The translations under genes and the position numbers were made by a program. From positions 22,754,001 to 22,818,000 of the forward strand of contig OX597815.1 of the NCBI GenBank assembly GCA_951406725.2: a stretch of DNA of 64,000 bases. Reading direction: 5' to 3'. Below the pieces are notes generated by a model. That model did not search any database, had not been told where the DNA came from, and saw only the letters and a list, made by a program, of their open reading frames with translations. The stretch comes from Octopus vulgaris (lineage: Eukaryota). Positions 50,001 through 61,191 of this stretch are shown here, one piece after another (the stretch's first letter is position 1; the number at the start of each line of letters is the position of its first letter).

Positions 50001-53000
50001 CAGAGTTATAGATCAGAAACAGGTAATATGATTTTTATCTACTTAGTTAATGTAACTTTCAATAAGAATTTGTTTAATTAGGTTTCAAACATAAGTAATA
50101 AGAGTCTAGTAGAGATTCATAACTCAAGTAAGTGAAGTGGGCCTGAACTAGGAACCCAAAGACTTGATGATTCAATAAATCGAGATCCAGTTCTTGCATC
50201 ATTAAAAGTAAGAATGAAAACTTTCTGAATAGACTATAGTATTTGTCTGGTACCTTTTTTTTTAATAAAATCTGGCAAGATGAAACACAAAGCCAACTGC
50301 CATGGATTTTAACTCAAAATGTGAAGGGACATAACTCACTACAAAGCAGTTTACCAACCCTCTATCATGTTGTCTAGGTCAAAGATAAACAGCAATATAA
50401 CTTGCAGAATATGAAGATTTATTTTGCTTCGTGGAATGCAAATTACCATTTCTAATATCAATATCATTGGGCTATACTAAGTCATAAGTTATATATCTTA
50501 AATGTTACATCTTTGGAAGAAAATTACATTTCAACATCAAAAGTTTTAATAAGTAAGTAAATAAAAATTTAACTAATTACTAACCAGTTTCTTTCATTTC
50601 TGGCATCACAGTGTGACATAGTGCCAATAGCCTGAAAAACCGCCAAACTTTGGGGTTGCTCCTGCGTATCTCTTCAATGAGACGGTAATCACTAAACATG
50701 AAGGATTTCTCGGCATATTGGTTCTGTGATAGATCAATTCTTGGGCCTCTCTGGAAATGAAAGAATGGTTCTCAGTAAACCACTAGATTAAATGGCATAT
50801 ACGCAAATTACATGATAGACATAGACTGAAGTTCAGTATATGGATATACAAATAGATATTTTGTCTGTTGCTTTTCTCTCTTTATTCTCTTCTATTTCTT
50901 AATGAATTTCTCATAGACTGTATCAATGCTTCTCCACTTAAAGTGAATGTCTAGCTCAAGAAATATCTATTTACATCATACCAAATTTCCTTTAATACTC
51001 TGATTTCCTTTAATATAGGTTTTTGCGAAGTCGTCATCAGTGTTGCTGGACTGGCTTCTGTGTAGGTGGCACATAAAAAGCACCATTTGGACGTGGACGT
51101 TGCCAGTTCCACCAAACTGGCCCTCGTGCCGGTGGCACATAAAGGCACCCACTACACTCTCGGAGTGGTTGGTGTTAGGAAGGGCAACCAGCTGTAGAAA
51201 CTCTGCCAGATGAGATTGGAGTTTGGATCGCCAAACCTCAGTCAAATCGTCCAACCCATGCTAGCATGGAAAGCAGACGTTAAATGATGGTTTTCTTTGC
51301 ATAAGAACTAAACAGAAGATATATATATATATATATATTATCAGACATTCTGTGATCATAACCTCAATAAAAGCATAACTCATCACACATAAGTTCCTTC
51401 AGCTATCCAATGATAATAGATTTTACATTTTGAAGAATCATTTTCATAATAAAATTTCAATGTTTGTACTATAATTATTATCTATTTGTGCAAATAATGT
51501 ATTAAAATTTACTTTAATTGCTTAGACTTGTCACCAAATGTTTCTCAATAATTATTTCTCAAAGAAACTGAATATAACTTACCTCACCCACATCAAGATT
51601 TTTACTAGGTTCATTGACATAATCCCCGTAATATTTTCCATCAATGGAACATTTGTTGAAGGTCATGATGTTCTAATAACAATAAGAAAATATAAGAAAA
51701 CAATAAAGATCAATGAGGGAAAACTGGACACAGTTTGATAAAAAATATGTGCAGTGTTTTATTTCATAACTTCTTTACTCAGCTTAGAGATAATTTGAGA
51801 AATATTAAAGTTCCTTTACCTTTCTTTTAAACATAGTAATGCACAAATATGTATGTGTGTATGTAAAAGTGATGATATATGTCTATGCACAATACTTAAC
51901 ACAGAAATATTTGTGGTTAAAATAAAATTACTTATATAAGACTATATTACAGTAACTACACTAAAATTCATTATTATTTTATCTTGCCTTTTCCCAATGT
52001 TTGACTGGGATTAAAACAGTCTGTAGTATTACACAGTCATTTTCCCTTGATTTTTGCAAAAATGAAAACAATTTGAAATTAAGTGCTAGCATAGTTTACA
52101 GGAACTAAAATTTAGTAGACACACTAATTCTTAATATTCTAATTCTATTAATAAACTAATTCTTAATATTTGACTATAAAAGGTGGCAAGTTGGCAAAAA
52201 CGTTAGCACACCAGGCAAAATGTTTAGTGGCATTTTGTCTGTCTATGTTCTGAGTTCAAATTCTGCCAAAGTCAACTTTGCCTTTCATCCTTTTGGGGTC
52301 AAATAAACTAAGTACCAGTTGCATACTGCGGTCGATCTAATCGACTGTCCCCCTCTCCAAAAATTTCAGACCTTGTGCCTAGAGTAGAAAAGAATATTTG
52401 ACTATAAAAAACGTGACTGCTGTTTCTTACCTACAATGAAAAATACAAGTAATAAGAGAGAGACCACATGTGGTCACTCTAACGCTAGAAATAGATCTGC
52501 AAAGGGAATCCACCACTAAAAAATTTTTCTCAAGCATTAATTCAACACGCCAAGAATGTAATTGGGCAGGACAAATGAAAAATAACGTTAGAGTGACCAC
52601 ATGTGGTCTCTCTCTTATTACTTGTATTAATAATTTTTACTGCGTTAGGAAGGGTATCCAGCTGTAAAAACATTGCCAGATAAGACCGGAGCCTATTGCA
52701 GCCTCCTGGCTTCCCAGATCCCCGGTCGAACCGTCCAACCCATGCTAGCATGGAGAACGGACGTTAAACGATGATGATGATGACTGCATCCCAGTTTTTT
52801 TCGCTAGGCCACTTGGTGTTTTAAATTGATGTTATTAATTAATATTCAATTTTTTTCACCCTTATCGTGATTTAAATACAATGAAAAATAGATAACATGA
52901 GGTTTCAAAAATTCCCTGTATGATCTGAATCCTTGTATTTTTGTTCTATTAAAGTATGATCAGCCTGCACAAACATTGCATTTGAAAAAAAGAAATCAAC

Positions 53001-54060
53001 AATATTCCTGCTATTTTGTTACTCACCTGGGTTAGTGTACCTGTTTTATCAGAAAAGATATACTCAATCTGACCAAGTTCTTCATTCAGAGTTGTTGTGC
53101 GACATTTAGCTGGTGTGTCAGCTTTCTCATAATACATCTTTACATCCCAATTGATCATTAAACTGTGAGCAAATCGGATCATCTCCACACTGAATTGAAA
53201 AGAAAAAAGGAAAACAGAAAATAATAAAGAATACATAGACTACACAATTTTTGCATATCTCATCCGGAAATTGACAAAAAAAAATTGACACGTAAAATGA
53301 ACAATTCTACTTGTCAATATACAGACTTGTGTAATTGCTGCCATTGTAAAACACAAGCTTTAAAAACACACACAATGATGACAAGGATCATTTCTGGTGA
53401 ATGTAAAATTTCAAAGCTGCAGAAAATAGTTACTTCCCCTGACGTAGGAGCAGTTGTCATGGAATTTATTTTTCTGACATCATTACCAATAATGGTCTCA
53501 AATTTTGGCACAAAGCCAGCAATTTAGCAGTAGGTGTTAAGTCGATTACATTGACCCCAGTGTTCAACTGGTACTTATTTTATCGATCCCAAAAGGATGA
53601 AAGACAAAGTCGACCCCAGCAGAATTTGAACTCAAAATATAAAAACCAATGAAATGCCACAAAGCATTTTGCCTGGCATGCTAACAATTCTGCCAGTTTG
53701 CTGCCTTAGACATCATTATCAATAATGACATCAGAGATGTTATTATCAATAATGATGTCGCTAATACTTCGAATCAGCTAAACAGTCAAAACATATGTTA
53801 AATAGTGGCCATTGCCAGTACCACCAAACTGGCCCTCGTGCTGGTGGCACGTAAAAGCACCCACTACACTCTCGGAGTGGTTGGCGTTAGGAAGGGCATC
53901 CAGATGTAGAAACTCTGCCAGATCAGATTGGAGTCTGGTTCGCCAGACCTCAGTCAAATCGTCCAACCCATGCTAGCATGGAAAGTGGACGTTGAATAAT
54001 GATGATGTTACCAGATCATTTCACAAGTAGCACAAAATGTTCAGAAAATAGTCCAAAATG

Positions 54061-54120
<60 letters not shown>

Positions 54121-57100
54121 AAGACATAGTTATGTAGGTTAAGAAGCTCATTTCCCAATTACCTGGTTCTAGATTCAGCCCACCGCAAGGAACTTCAAAC
54201 AAGTACCTTCTACTATAGCCTCAGGTTGACCAAAGCCTTAAGAGTGGATTTAGCAGATAGAAACCAAAGCTAGTTGTGCATGTGCTTGCAGGGAGGATGG
54301 TTCTTTGTTGTTGTTTTTTATTTCCTTCTCTTGACATTGCATGATAGTTGTAAATGAGTATCATTTGGTCTCAATCTTCCATGAAACACGATCAACCATG
54401 GGGAAATATTACCTTACTTAGAAACAAGTGTGAGTTGGTAACAAGAAGACTATCCAGCCATAGAAAATCTGCCTGAATGCAAGGGAAAGTGGATGTTATA
54501 ATGATGATGATGATGTACATAGGTTGCTGGTAAGTCAGTTCTAATTTACTAAGTAATTTCTTATGATATTCAATACAATTCTTATCTTTCAATAATAGCG
54601 TGAAATCCTGAAAAGTAACAATCTGCAACTTGTAGCCCTGTTTGGCAATCCTTACTAAAAGTAGCATTAAATTGCCTCACTACAGACTCACCTGAGATAG
54701 CTAAGCAGATAGCTTAAGTCATTCCCTTGGGCAAAGTTCTTTGTTTAATAAAACTCCACAAACCCAATAATCCAAGTGGTTTACTTGTAATAGTACAAGT
54801 AAAGAATACTGCCAACAACCCCTAGTGGTAGTGCAGTGAAGATCTCCATATTTTCTGTTTATTTTTACTCCTTACTCTACACTATATACATACAATAAAA
54901 CTCATTCCAAACTCTCCTCTTCCAATACGTTAGACTATTATTATGTACATATTGTTGCCATGGATATGAAATTCTCTAATCACTCCCTCAAAAACAGAAA
55001 ATAGTATCCAATATTTAAGTAGCTGCACTTTAAAAATCTATGAGTGCTTTGTTAGTTCACAGTATGTAATTCAATTCTACAGAATATAATTTGATAATTC
55101 AAAGAAAATGAAAAGCAGTTGCTTTGACTATCTGACAATAAATGGGGTTGTCTAAAGAAGGGAACATCTTATACATACAGAGAAATGCAAAAGAAACATA
55201 TGGCACCTACCTGACATAAAGTGATATTGGCACCACAGTGTTTAAAATAATGATATAGGAGAGAAATACTAAAACAGCAATTATCGTTGCTCCTCTTGTC
55301 TTTGAATCTTGTTTGTCACCAATTGTAGATCCTGGAACAAATCTTTCCCATGGCAGATAAGTTTGAAATCGGTACCCAGTAACAGTTTCCCATACACCAC
55401 ATGCAACTGTACATATGAGACACATGGACATAAGGAAGCCAAAGATCTATAAAGAAAACATTTAATATATTTAGATAACATAATGATATAACAAAAAAAA
55501 TGGTAAGCATTATTAAATCTCAGAATGAGATTAAAACAGTAATCGCTCGGTAATGTAAAGTATAGAAGCCATCTTAACATGGCTAACCACATAGGGGAGG
55601 GGGTGTTACTGTAGCTTTATAGCCCCAAGAGATCGTCGTCTCCAGCTGGCTTTAGACACCATTTCAGTGCCCTTGAAGTATTTGCAAAGGGAGGCCATCC
55701 CTTCCTTGCAAGCCTGAGTGATACGCTCGGACTAGTTTCGGGATTTTAAGTCACTGATATTCCTAGATAGCCAAAGAATATGTCTAGTTTAGAATAAAAT
55801 ATTTTTAAAAAGTATTGCTAAGTGAAAGTGAAAGCTTGTTAGTATATTATTATCTCATCAGCAACCAAAATTATAATCTGAAGTATCACAATTTAAGAAA
55901 TTAGTAATTTTTGCTTAATCCAAAGTTTATAGAGTGTACACCCTCATTTCTCCCTTATAAATTTTACACTGGAAATAAGATAGTACCACAGTTATTCTTC
56001 CAAAATTTATTCTCATCACCCCTTTTAATTATTTCACATTGCAGGAGTCACCAATTTAGCTATGAACTGTTTACAATAGAAAGTACTGACATGAATACTG
56101 GAGCAAAGGAAAAAGCAAATGTTGTTCAGTAGAATTAAGGGAATTCAGTTCAAATGGGGATTCATGAGAATAAAAGGGTTGTCAGGTTGAATAAGTACAA
56201 TTCTAGAAGATTGAATAATCAAATTAAGCAGAAGTAATTGATAACTATAATTTAAACTTGTGGTGTTGACTGGTTGGAAAACTGATAGCTTAGCAAAGGT
56301 CCTGGCTAATTGGAATTTGTCTGCTGGGTCACTCGAATACTGTCAAAATAGACCTTTACTGAGTAATGAAACATTGACTTGGCTTTACATAATATATGAG
56401 AATGTGTGGGTGTAAGTGTTATTACTTAGCCACAAGTCAACTCCAATAAAGCATACCTATAGCACAAAAGTAGTCAGTCAAACGATCAAACATCTATTGT
56501 TTTACATATAATCCATAGATCTGTTATTCTACATGTACCATATCTCATGGAAGACTACAATGCATGCACTGCCTTACTATATGGAGAACAGTACAGCAGT
56601 GTAGAAATGTTGCTCTTTTCCAACTATACATTCATGGATACAAAAATGTGTGGTATGAATTCCAACAGACAGCCTTTAGCATTTTTCCAATCAAGGGGAC
56701 TTTAACCCAATTCAAGCCTTCATTTATAACCATATTCACTATGAGATACACTGTTAAAATGATTTATCCTGTCAGTTTGTATTTTAGTAGGTTCTAGAGG
56801 GGTCCATAATAGAAGCAAGTAAGAAGCATAGGGTCAGATGTTGTGTCCTGAGAATTAAACTGTTCTGAGAAGTCTTGGTATTTTAGTAACACAATATTCA
56901 AAAGGAAGTTCCATTCCTTTTATTCAAAAGACAGGATGGATCTTACTGAATGTTTTAGCAATTTCTTTTAAAATAACAGAATTTACTGAGTTTAGAAATA
57001 TCTGTGGGAGACTTGGCATTAATGGGATTTGTTTGCTCAATTTATTGCTTTCAAAGGGTTCAAGTAATAATGGATATCCTAAACTTGAACACATCTTTTA

Positions 57101-58191
57101 CCCTTTTCTGACAAGCCATTGAGCACTTGGGCATTGTATCCAATAAGTTCATTATTATTATCACAGACCTAAGCTAAATAACTCTTCAGATTTGTGGATT
57201 CATGTAACCCACTGAAAACAAAACCTCATTTTTCACTCTATAATATTTAACTGTAAAAAAAAAAAAATAGATATTGCAGAGAATGCAGTATAACTGAATC
57301 TAAATTTAAAAGAAGAGAAAGTGTCAGCAGCAAGATAGTAATGGAAAATAATTATAATTAATCTTGGCATCCGTGCTAGCGGGGTGTAAAAAGCCCCATA
57401 CGAGTGTGATCATTGACAGAGTGGCTAACTGGCTTCCATGCCAGTGGCACATAAAAGGGCACCATTCAAGTGTGATCACTACCAGCGTCGCCTTAATGGC
57501 ACTTGTGCCCGTGCTAGTAGGGTGCCAAGAGCACCATCCAAGTATGATCGTTGCCAGAGCAGCCAACTGGCTTCTGTACCGGTGGCACGTAAAAGGGTAC
57601 CATTCAAGCATAATCGTTACTAACGTTGCCTTACTGGCATCTGTGCTGGTGGCATGTGTAAAAAGATTCAAGCGAGGTCATTGCCAGTACCACCTGACTG
57701 GCCCTCATGCCGGTGGCACGTAAAAAGCACCCACTACACTCTCGGAGTGGTTGGCAATAGGAAGGGCATCCAGCTGTAGAAACTCTGCCAGATCAAGATT
57801 GGGGCCTGGTGCAGCCATCTGGTTCACCAGCCCTCAGTTAAAATCGTCCAACCTATGCTAGCATGGAAAGTGGACGTTAAACGATGACGATGATTAAAAG
57901 AATTAAAAATAATGACAATGTTTGGCATAAAATTCACACTTACCCCTACAATGAGAACATTCATAAGACGATCAATGTGTGTGCGTTTAAAGACAGATTT
58001 ACCACTGTTCATCATGAGCTTGGTATCACAGCCAGCAAAAACAACCACGCCATAACACCATCTTGTATTACGTAGCACACATCCCCTCAAAAGAATGTGG
58101 TTGTTGTCTAAAGCAAAATTCTGGTCTTTCCACTTCATGGTTCCTTGAAACTTATTTAAACGATTATTCGGAGCTTCACAAACAAGCTCAA
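29946..58191 (-). CDS. ATP8B: P4-type ATPase / phospholipid flippase, ATP8B class (5'-partial; 16 exons in window)
   Basis: Spliced translation contains LLRGC, TM4 VPISLYV, phosphorylation motif [74 protein letters not shown] and C-terminal [12 protein letters not shown]. All junctions are GT-AG with matching phases. The exact paralogue cannot be assigned. Confidence 0.95.
30537..30832. repeat. (TTA)/(CTA)/(AAT)n trinucleotide microsatellite in the last intron
   Basis: Seen directly. Confidence 0.95.
31035..31280 (-). CDS. ATP8B: ATP8B exon o ([14 protein letters not shown]...VVAVNLR; TM7-8)
   Basis: Within ORF 30936..31286; TGCAG acceptor, GTAGGT donor; 246 nt. Confidence 0.93.
31637..32262 (-). 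mobile_element. Cluster of SINE family B: two near-identical minus copies flanking an inverted partial copy
   Basis: Head GGCGAGCTGGCAGAA...GAGTTCAAATTCC; core GCCTTTCATCCTTT.GGGGTCGAT.AA..AAG.ACC resembles the Meta-SINE central domain (from memory, not searched). Confidence 0.88.
33133..33216 (-). CDS. ATP8B: ATP8B exon n ([28 protein letters not shown]; TM6)
   Basis: Manual translation; TTTCAG acceptor, GTAAAA donor; 84 nt. Confidence 0.93.
33221..33357. repeat. (AAT)n/(GAT) microsatellite abutting a splice acceptor
   Basis: Seen directly. Confidence 0.95.
35588..35673 (-). pseudogene. Degenerate duplicate of the 3' part of ATP8B exon l plus its donor site
   Basis: [26 protein letters not shown]|GTAAGT vs [26 protein letters not shown]|GTAAGT at 39669-39754. 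Confidence 0.9.
36461..36684 (-). CDS. ATP8B: ATP8B exon m ([12 protein letters not shown]...HGRWSY...FCGFSAQ; TM5)
   Basis: Within ORF 36434..36700; TTCTAG acceptor, GTAAGT donor; 224 nt. Confidence 0.95.
37875..38355 (+). mobile_element. RTE 3'UTR copy
   Basis: Matches 11660-12240 with variant modules. Confidence 0.85.
39165..39550 (+). mobile_element. SINE family A (diverged)
   Basis: Reverse-complement similarity to 8262-8703. Confidence 0.75.
39676..39859 (-). CDS. ATP8B: ATP8B exon l (...[13 protein letters not shown]...[15 protein letters not shown])
   Basis: Manual translation; GDGAND hinge; CTTAG acceptor, GTAAGT donor; 184 nt. Confidence 0.94.
40105..40322 (+). mobile_element. 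CR1-like LINE 3' end with (AACT)n tail
   Basis: [18 protein letters not shown]...FKVSLDLKW resembles the CR1 ORF2 C-terminus; tail AACTAACTAACT. Confidence 0.75.
41095..41345 (-). CDS. ATP8B: ATP8B exon k ([13 protein letters not shown]...ALVINGHSL)
   Basis: TTCCAG acceptor, GTAAGT donor; 251 nt. Confidence 0.92.
41544..41856. mobile_element. Fold-back (palindromic) element with ~145-bp arms
   Basis: 41544-41688 is the reverse complement of 41706-41856, with a 17-nt loop. Confidence 0.85.
42172..42400 (-). mobile_element. SINE family B
   Basis: Matches 32030-32262. Confidence 0.88.
42663..42841 (-). CDS. ATP8B: ATP8B exon j (...[16 protein letters not shown]...WVLTGDKQ)
   Basis: Within ORF 42589..43158; GTAG acceptor, GTAAAT donor; 179 nt. 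Confidence 0.94.
43292..43595 (+). mobile_element. RTE 3'-end copy after (AAT)n
   Basis: Matches 57595-57893. Confidence 0.88.
43916..44013 (-). CDS. ATP8B: ATP8B exon i ([13 protein letters not shown]...HHEA)
   Basis: GLRTL motif; TTTGTAG acceptor, GTATTT donor; 98 nt. Confidence 0.92.
44176..44591. mobile_element. MITE with GG-starting TIRs and 8-bp TSD (Merlin-like)
   Basis: TIR GGATCTTTTC(A/G)GTTTGAACGGCA; GATAATTT duplicated at 44168-44175 and 44592-44599. Confidence 0.85.
44656..44775 (-). CDS. ATP8B: ATP8B exon h (VIVQKDG...LLCKGADT...EHLN)
   Basis: KGAD motif; CTGCAG acceptor, GTAAGT donor; 120 nt. Confidence 0.93.
45012..45382 (+). mobile_element. RTE 3'UTR copy
   Basis: Matches 11672-12240. 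Confidence 0.9.
45448..45549 (-). CDS. ATP8B: ATP8B exon g (SRTPNTIT...[11 protein letters not shown])
   Basis: N-domain RKRMS; TTTCAG acceptor, GTAAGT donor; 102 nt. Confidence 0.93.
46125..46440 (-). mobile_element. SINE family C variant
   Basis: tRNA-like head at 46375-46440; CAGCTGAGTG.ACTGGAGCAA core. Confidence 0.7.
47412..47685 (+). mobile_element. RTE 3'-end copy
   Basis: Matches 12290-12562. Confidence 0.9.
47738..48173. mobile_element. Fold-back (palindromic) element with ~190-bp arms
   Basis: AATGTTTACAATGGAATAGG...AATAAAAAT is the reverse complement of ATTTTTATT...CCTATTCCATTGTAAACATT. Confidence 0.88.
48240..48316 (-). CDS. ATP8B: ATP8B exon f ([25 protein letters not shown])
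   Basis: SPDE motif; TTAG acceptor, GTAAAT donor; 77 nt. Confidence 0.93.
49390..49670 (-). mobile_element. RTE 3'-end copy (minus orientation)
   Basis: (CAT)n followed by the reverse complement of the family. Confidence 0.9.
50585..50750 (-). CDS. ATP8B: ATP8B exon e (...[14 protein letters not shown])
   Basis: Manual translation; TTCCAG acceptor, GTTAGT donor; 166 nt. Confidence 0.92.
51030..51290 (+). mobile_element. RTE 3'-end copy
   Basis: Family match. Confidence 0.85.
51583..51672 (-). CDS. ATP8B: ATP8B exon d ([16 protein letters not shown]...)
   Basis: Manual translation; TTAG acceptor, GTAAGT donor; 90 nt. Confidence 0.92.
52180..52393 (+). mobile_element. SINE family B variant
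   Basis: Head plus GCCTTTCATCCTTTTGGGGTC core. Confidence 0.82.
52442..52628. mobile_element. Short element with perfect 43-bp inverted ends (TA-flanked MITE-like)
   Basis: AATACAAGTAATAAGAGAGAGACCACATGTGGTCACTCTAACG and its exact reverse complement at 52586-52628. Confidence 0.8.
53027..53189 (-). CDS. ATP8B: ATP8B exon c (VEMIRF...[19 protein letters not shown])
   Basis: Catalytic DKTGT; TTCAG acceptor, GTGAGT donor; 163 nt. Confidence 0.95.
53490..53707 (-). mobile_element. SINE family B variant
   Basis: Family match. Confidence 0.8.
53806..54007 (+). mobile_element. RTE 3'-end copy
   Basis: Near-identical to 51100-51290. Confidence 0.85.
55211..55446 (-). CDS. ATP8B: ATP8B exon b (TM3-TM4, IFGFLMSMC...[12 protein letters not shown])
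   Basis: TTTATAG acceptor, GTAGGT donor; 236 nt; PISL motif diagnostic of P4-ATPases. Confidence 0.93.
57364..57893 (+). mobile_element. RTE 3'UTR copy with expanded internal modules
   Basis: Several ~55-60-nt GTGCC.GTGGCAC.TAAAA.GCACC modules then the family tail. Confidence 0.88.
57944..58191 (-). CDS. ATP8B: ATP8B exon a (A-domain end: [11 protein letters not shown]...[10 protein letters not shown]...MNVLIVG)
   Basis: TTTTCCAG acceptor, GTAAGT donor; 248 nt, phase 1 to 0. Confidence 0.92.
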
Positions 58192-58399
58192 CTGGAAAAC
58201 AAATGTGAAAAAAAGAATTAATATAATAAAGCAGAAATGTTTTGAATTGAATTTTAGGTGTTGGGTTACCAACAAACTAGCTAAAGTTTCTAACCATATC
58301 ATAACTTTGTTTTGTCACTCTTAATTAAAGTACGTTACTCTATGTGGTTAATTCTGAAAAGGTAGCAAATTACTAAAATCTAATTCAGAGAAACAGCAC

Positions 58400-58778
58400 T
58401 CTGTTGTGTGGTAAGAAGCTTGCTTTCCAACCACATGGTCCCGGGTTCAGTCCCACTGTATGGCACCTTGGGCAAATGTCTTCAACTATATCCTCAGGCC
58501 AACCAAAGCCCTGTAAGGGGATTTGGTAGATGTAAACTGAAAGAAGCCTGTCGTGCATATATATATATATATATATTTGTATGTCTGTGTTTGTCCTCCC
58601 ACCATCGCTTGACAACAAATGTTGATGTGTTTACGTCCCTGTAACTTAGCGGTTCAGCAAAAGTGACCGACAGAGTAAGTACTAGTGACTGATAAAATAA
58701 GTCCTGGGATCGATTTGTTCAACTAAAGGTGGTGTTCCAGCATGGCCACAATCAAATGACTAAAAGAGTAAAAGAATA
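58400..58778 (+). mobile_element. SINE family A
   Basis: Reverse complement of 8262-8703. Confidence 0.88.
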
Positions 58779-59399
58779 CATACATTCAAATTTTTAAAGA
58801 CCATACTATTCAGGCAAATACAAAAAAATGAAATATAAAAAATAACACTTTCAAAACAAGAGAAGAGATTTTCCAAATGTGTAACATAACCCCAACAGCC
58901 TATAGCAAAAGATGCTGAATGTCTTTGCTTTCGCATATTTCTATAGCTCTCTCTTTTATTTCAACTTGGGAAATAAAATTACAACAAAATCTATGAAATA
59001 CAGTCCAAATTTTACCCATTTGGCATCAGTTGTTAGTTGTTGGAGCACTGCATCCTTCAAAACTTCCATGCTTCCTGAGATTCACTAACACTACACCTGA
59101 TTTTCTCCCCTCCATACACACGCAAGCATGTATCTGACTCATACACTGTTCACTTTCCAGACATTTGTACATTACTGCATATGCTTTATACGCACTTTTG
59201 ACAAGTTGTGGTGCACCTGGGCACTGTATACAATAATTTCATTATTATTATTATATTTGACTAGCATAGCATACCAGGAGTCAGTACAGGAGTCTATACA
59301 TAATTACTCTAAATGCTAGAAATAGAAATCACACACTGTTCTCTTCAAAACAGTTTAAGACCTATTAGGTGATGTAGTCCCAGATGCTCTGCCTCACTT

Positions 59400-59592
59400 C
59401 ATCATCGTCGTTTAACGTCTGCTTTCCATGCTAGCATAGGTTGGACGATTTTGACTAAGGGCTGGTGAACCAGATGGCTACACCAGGCTCCAATCTTAAT
59501 TTGGCAGAGTTTCTACAGCTGGATGCCCTTCCTAATGCCAACCACTCCGAGAGTGTAGTGGGTGCTTTTTATGTGCCAACGGCATGGGGGCC
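59400..59592 (-). mobile_element. RTE 3'-end copy (minus), close match to 57720-57893
   Basis: Family match. Confidence 0.88.
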
Positions 59593-60172
59593 GAAAGAAT
59601 GGTCATAATAAAAATGTCTTTGATTATAGGCCTACATAATCAGAACTGATCTGGAGCTAAGCAACAAAGCATCTCTTCCCCCATTCCACTAGATTCATCT
59701 GTCTTTACTTTTCTTTAAATATCTCATAACAATGAACAAATGTTCAGTAACTTCATATCCTACCCTAAAGATCTTTATTTGAACCTACATCTCCATGAAG
59801 TCATTATCCTCAGTACCTTCAATGAACACTTCTCATGGCACTCAGACTTTTCTCATATTACACCACTGGCACAGAGACCATGTTATTTGCCAACTTGAGT
59901 TGTACGATAGTCTCTTCCTGTACATCTACCACAGACCAACAAACTATCCTATTAAACCCTCTTCTTAATATGAATAAACACAAACAAAGCTTTTAGTCAA
60001 CAACAACAACTAGATTTCACCACTGATGATCTCCAATGATGATCTCAAATGTAAAACACTGTGAAAAATATCCCAAAGAGTGATCCTTTTATAATTCTAT
60101 CCCAAGACTACAAACCCCTGGAAATCTCTCCTGGACTACATTTTCCCTAGGTAAAACCCTACAGAAGCTTAA

Positions 60173-60660
60173 CCCTTTAGCATTCAAACAGGCCATGTTC
60201 AGCCCAAGTATTTGATCTGTTTTATGTCCAAACTGGCTAGATCTGGCCTCTCACACATACCCTACAATGTCACTCTAAATATAAACAATCACATCATCAA
60301 AATCACAGAGCTATGAGATTATTTGTGGAGGCGCGTGGCTTAGTGGTTAGGGTGTCAGCATCATGATCATAAGATTATGGTTTCAATTCCTGGACCAGGC
60401 GACACACTGTGTTCTTGAGCAAAACACTTCATTTCCCGTTGCTCCAGTTCACTCAGCTGGCAAAAATGAGTAACGCTGCGATGGACTGGCGTCCCATCCA
60501 GCTGGGGTACACATATGCCATAGAAACCAGGAAACCAGGCCCATGAGCTTTAAAAGGGCGCATTAATTTTTTTTTTTTTTATGAGATAATGCATGATTAA
60601 TATGAAATAATGTGGATAAATAAACATTACAGTTGATGGATAAATTTGAATGCTTAAGGG
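60173..60660. mobile_element. piggyBac-like MITE with nested SINE
   Basis: TTAA|CCCTTTAGCATTCAAA ... TTTGAATGCTTAAGGG|TTAA. Confidence 0.85.
60325..60563 (+). mobile_element. tRNA-derived SINE family C nested in the MITE
   Basis: A/B boxes; TATGAGAT duplicated on both sides. Confidence 0.88.
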
Positions 60661-61191
60661 TTAAGCTAATATCCAATATTTATAACATCAACAAATGTTG
60701 AGCTAAAAGCAAACAAGATCTTTTTAAGAAGTACCAATGGAGAAGTTTCTACATGGAATCCTGACCTGCCAGAAATAGCAACCAAATCTCCTAGAAAAGG
60801 AAAGAGATTTTGGCTAATGTTGTTTGGGGTACATTATATCCCATCCAAAAATGGTTGGATGGTCACAGCTGGAAAACCTTTGATCAATTAATTTAGTGCT
60901 AAACAAAAAAAAATGTGTAACAATGGCCAATGAGGTTACCATATTACTCAAGAATGAATAATAATTGAACAGTTGTATTAATTGATGGTCACATGTCAAC
61001 ATATGCTGGCAGTATCAACAGATGACTAATAAGGGGAGCATTGACATCTGGCTACACTTATAAACATTCAGCCATGTAAATGTAATCAAAGAACAATGAA
61101 CATTAACACATTACTCAAATAGTCAACAAGGGAGCCTCTACATAATCATTCAATCTGTTAGAAATAACAGCCAAATATCACTCAAATCACT

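Noticed and set aside
57364-57730. Regularly spaced repeated motifs resembling a CRISPR array
   Set aside because: Eukaryotic context; the 'spacers' are mutually homologous modules of a LINE 3'UTR and there are no cas genes
60325-60400. tRNA-like sequences (also at 1360-1431, 8630-8703 and 32180-32262)
   Set aside because: These are SINE heads continuing into shared non-tRNA bodies, with no complete cloverleaf
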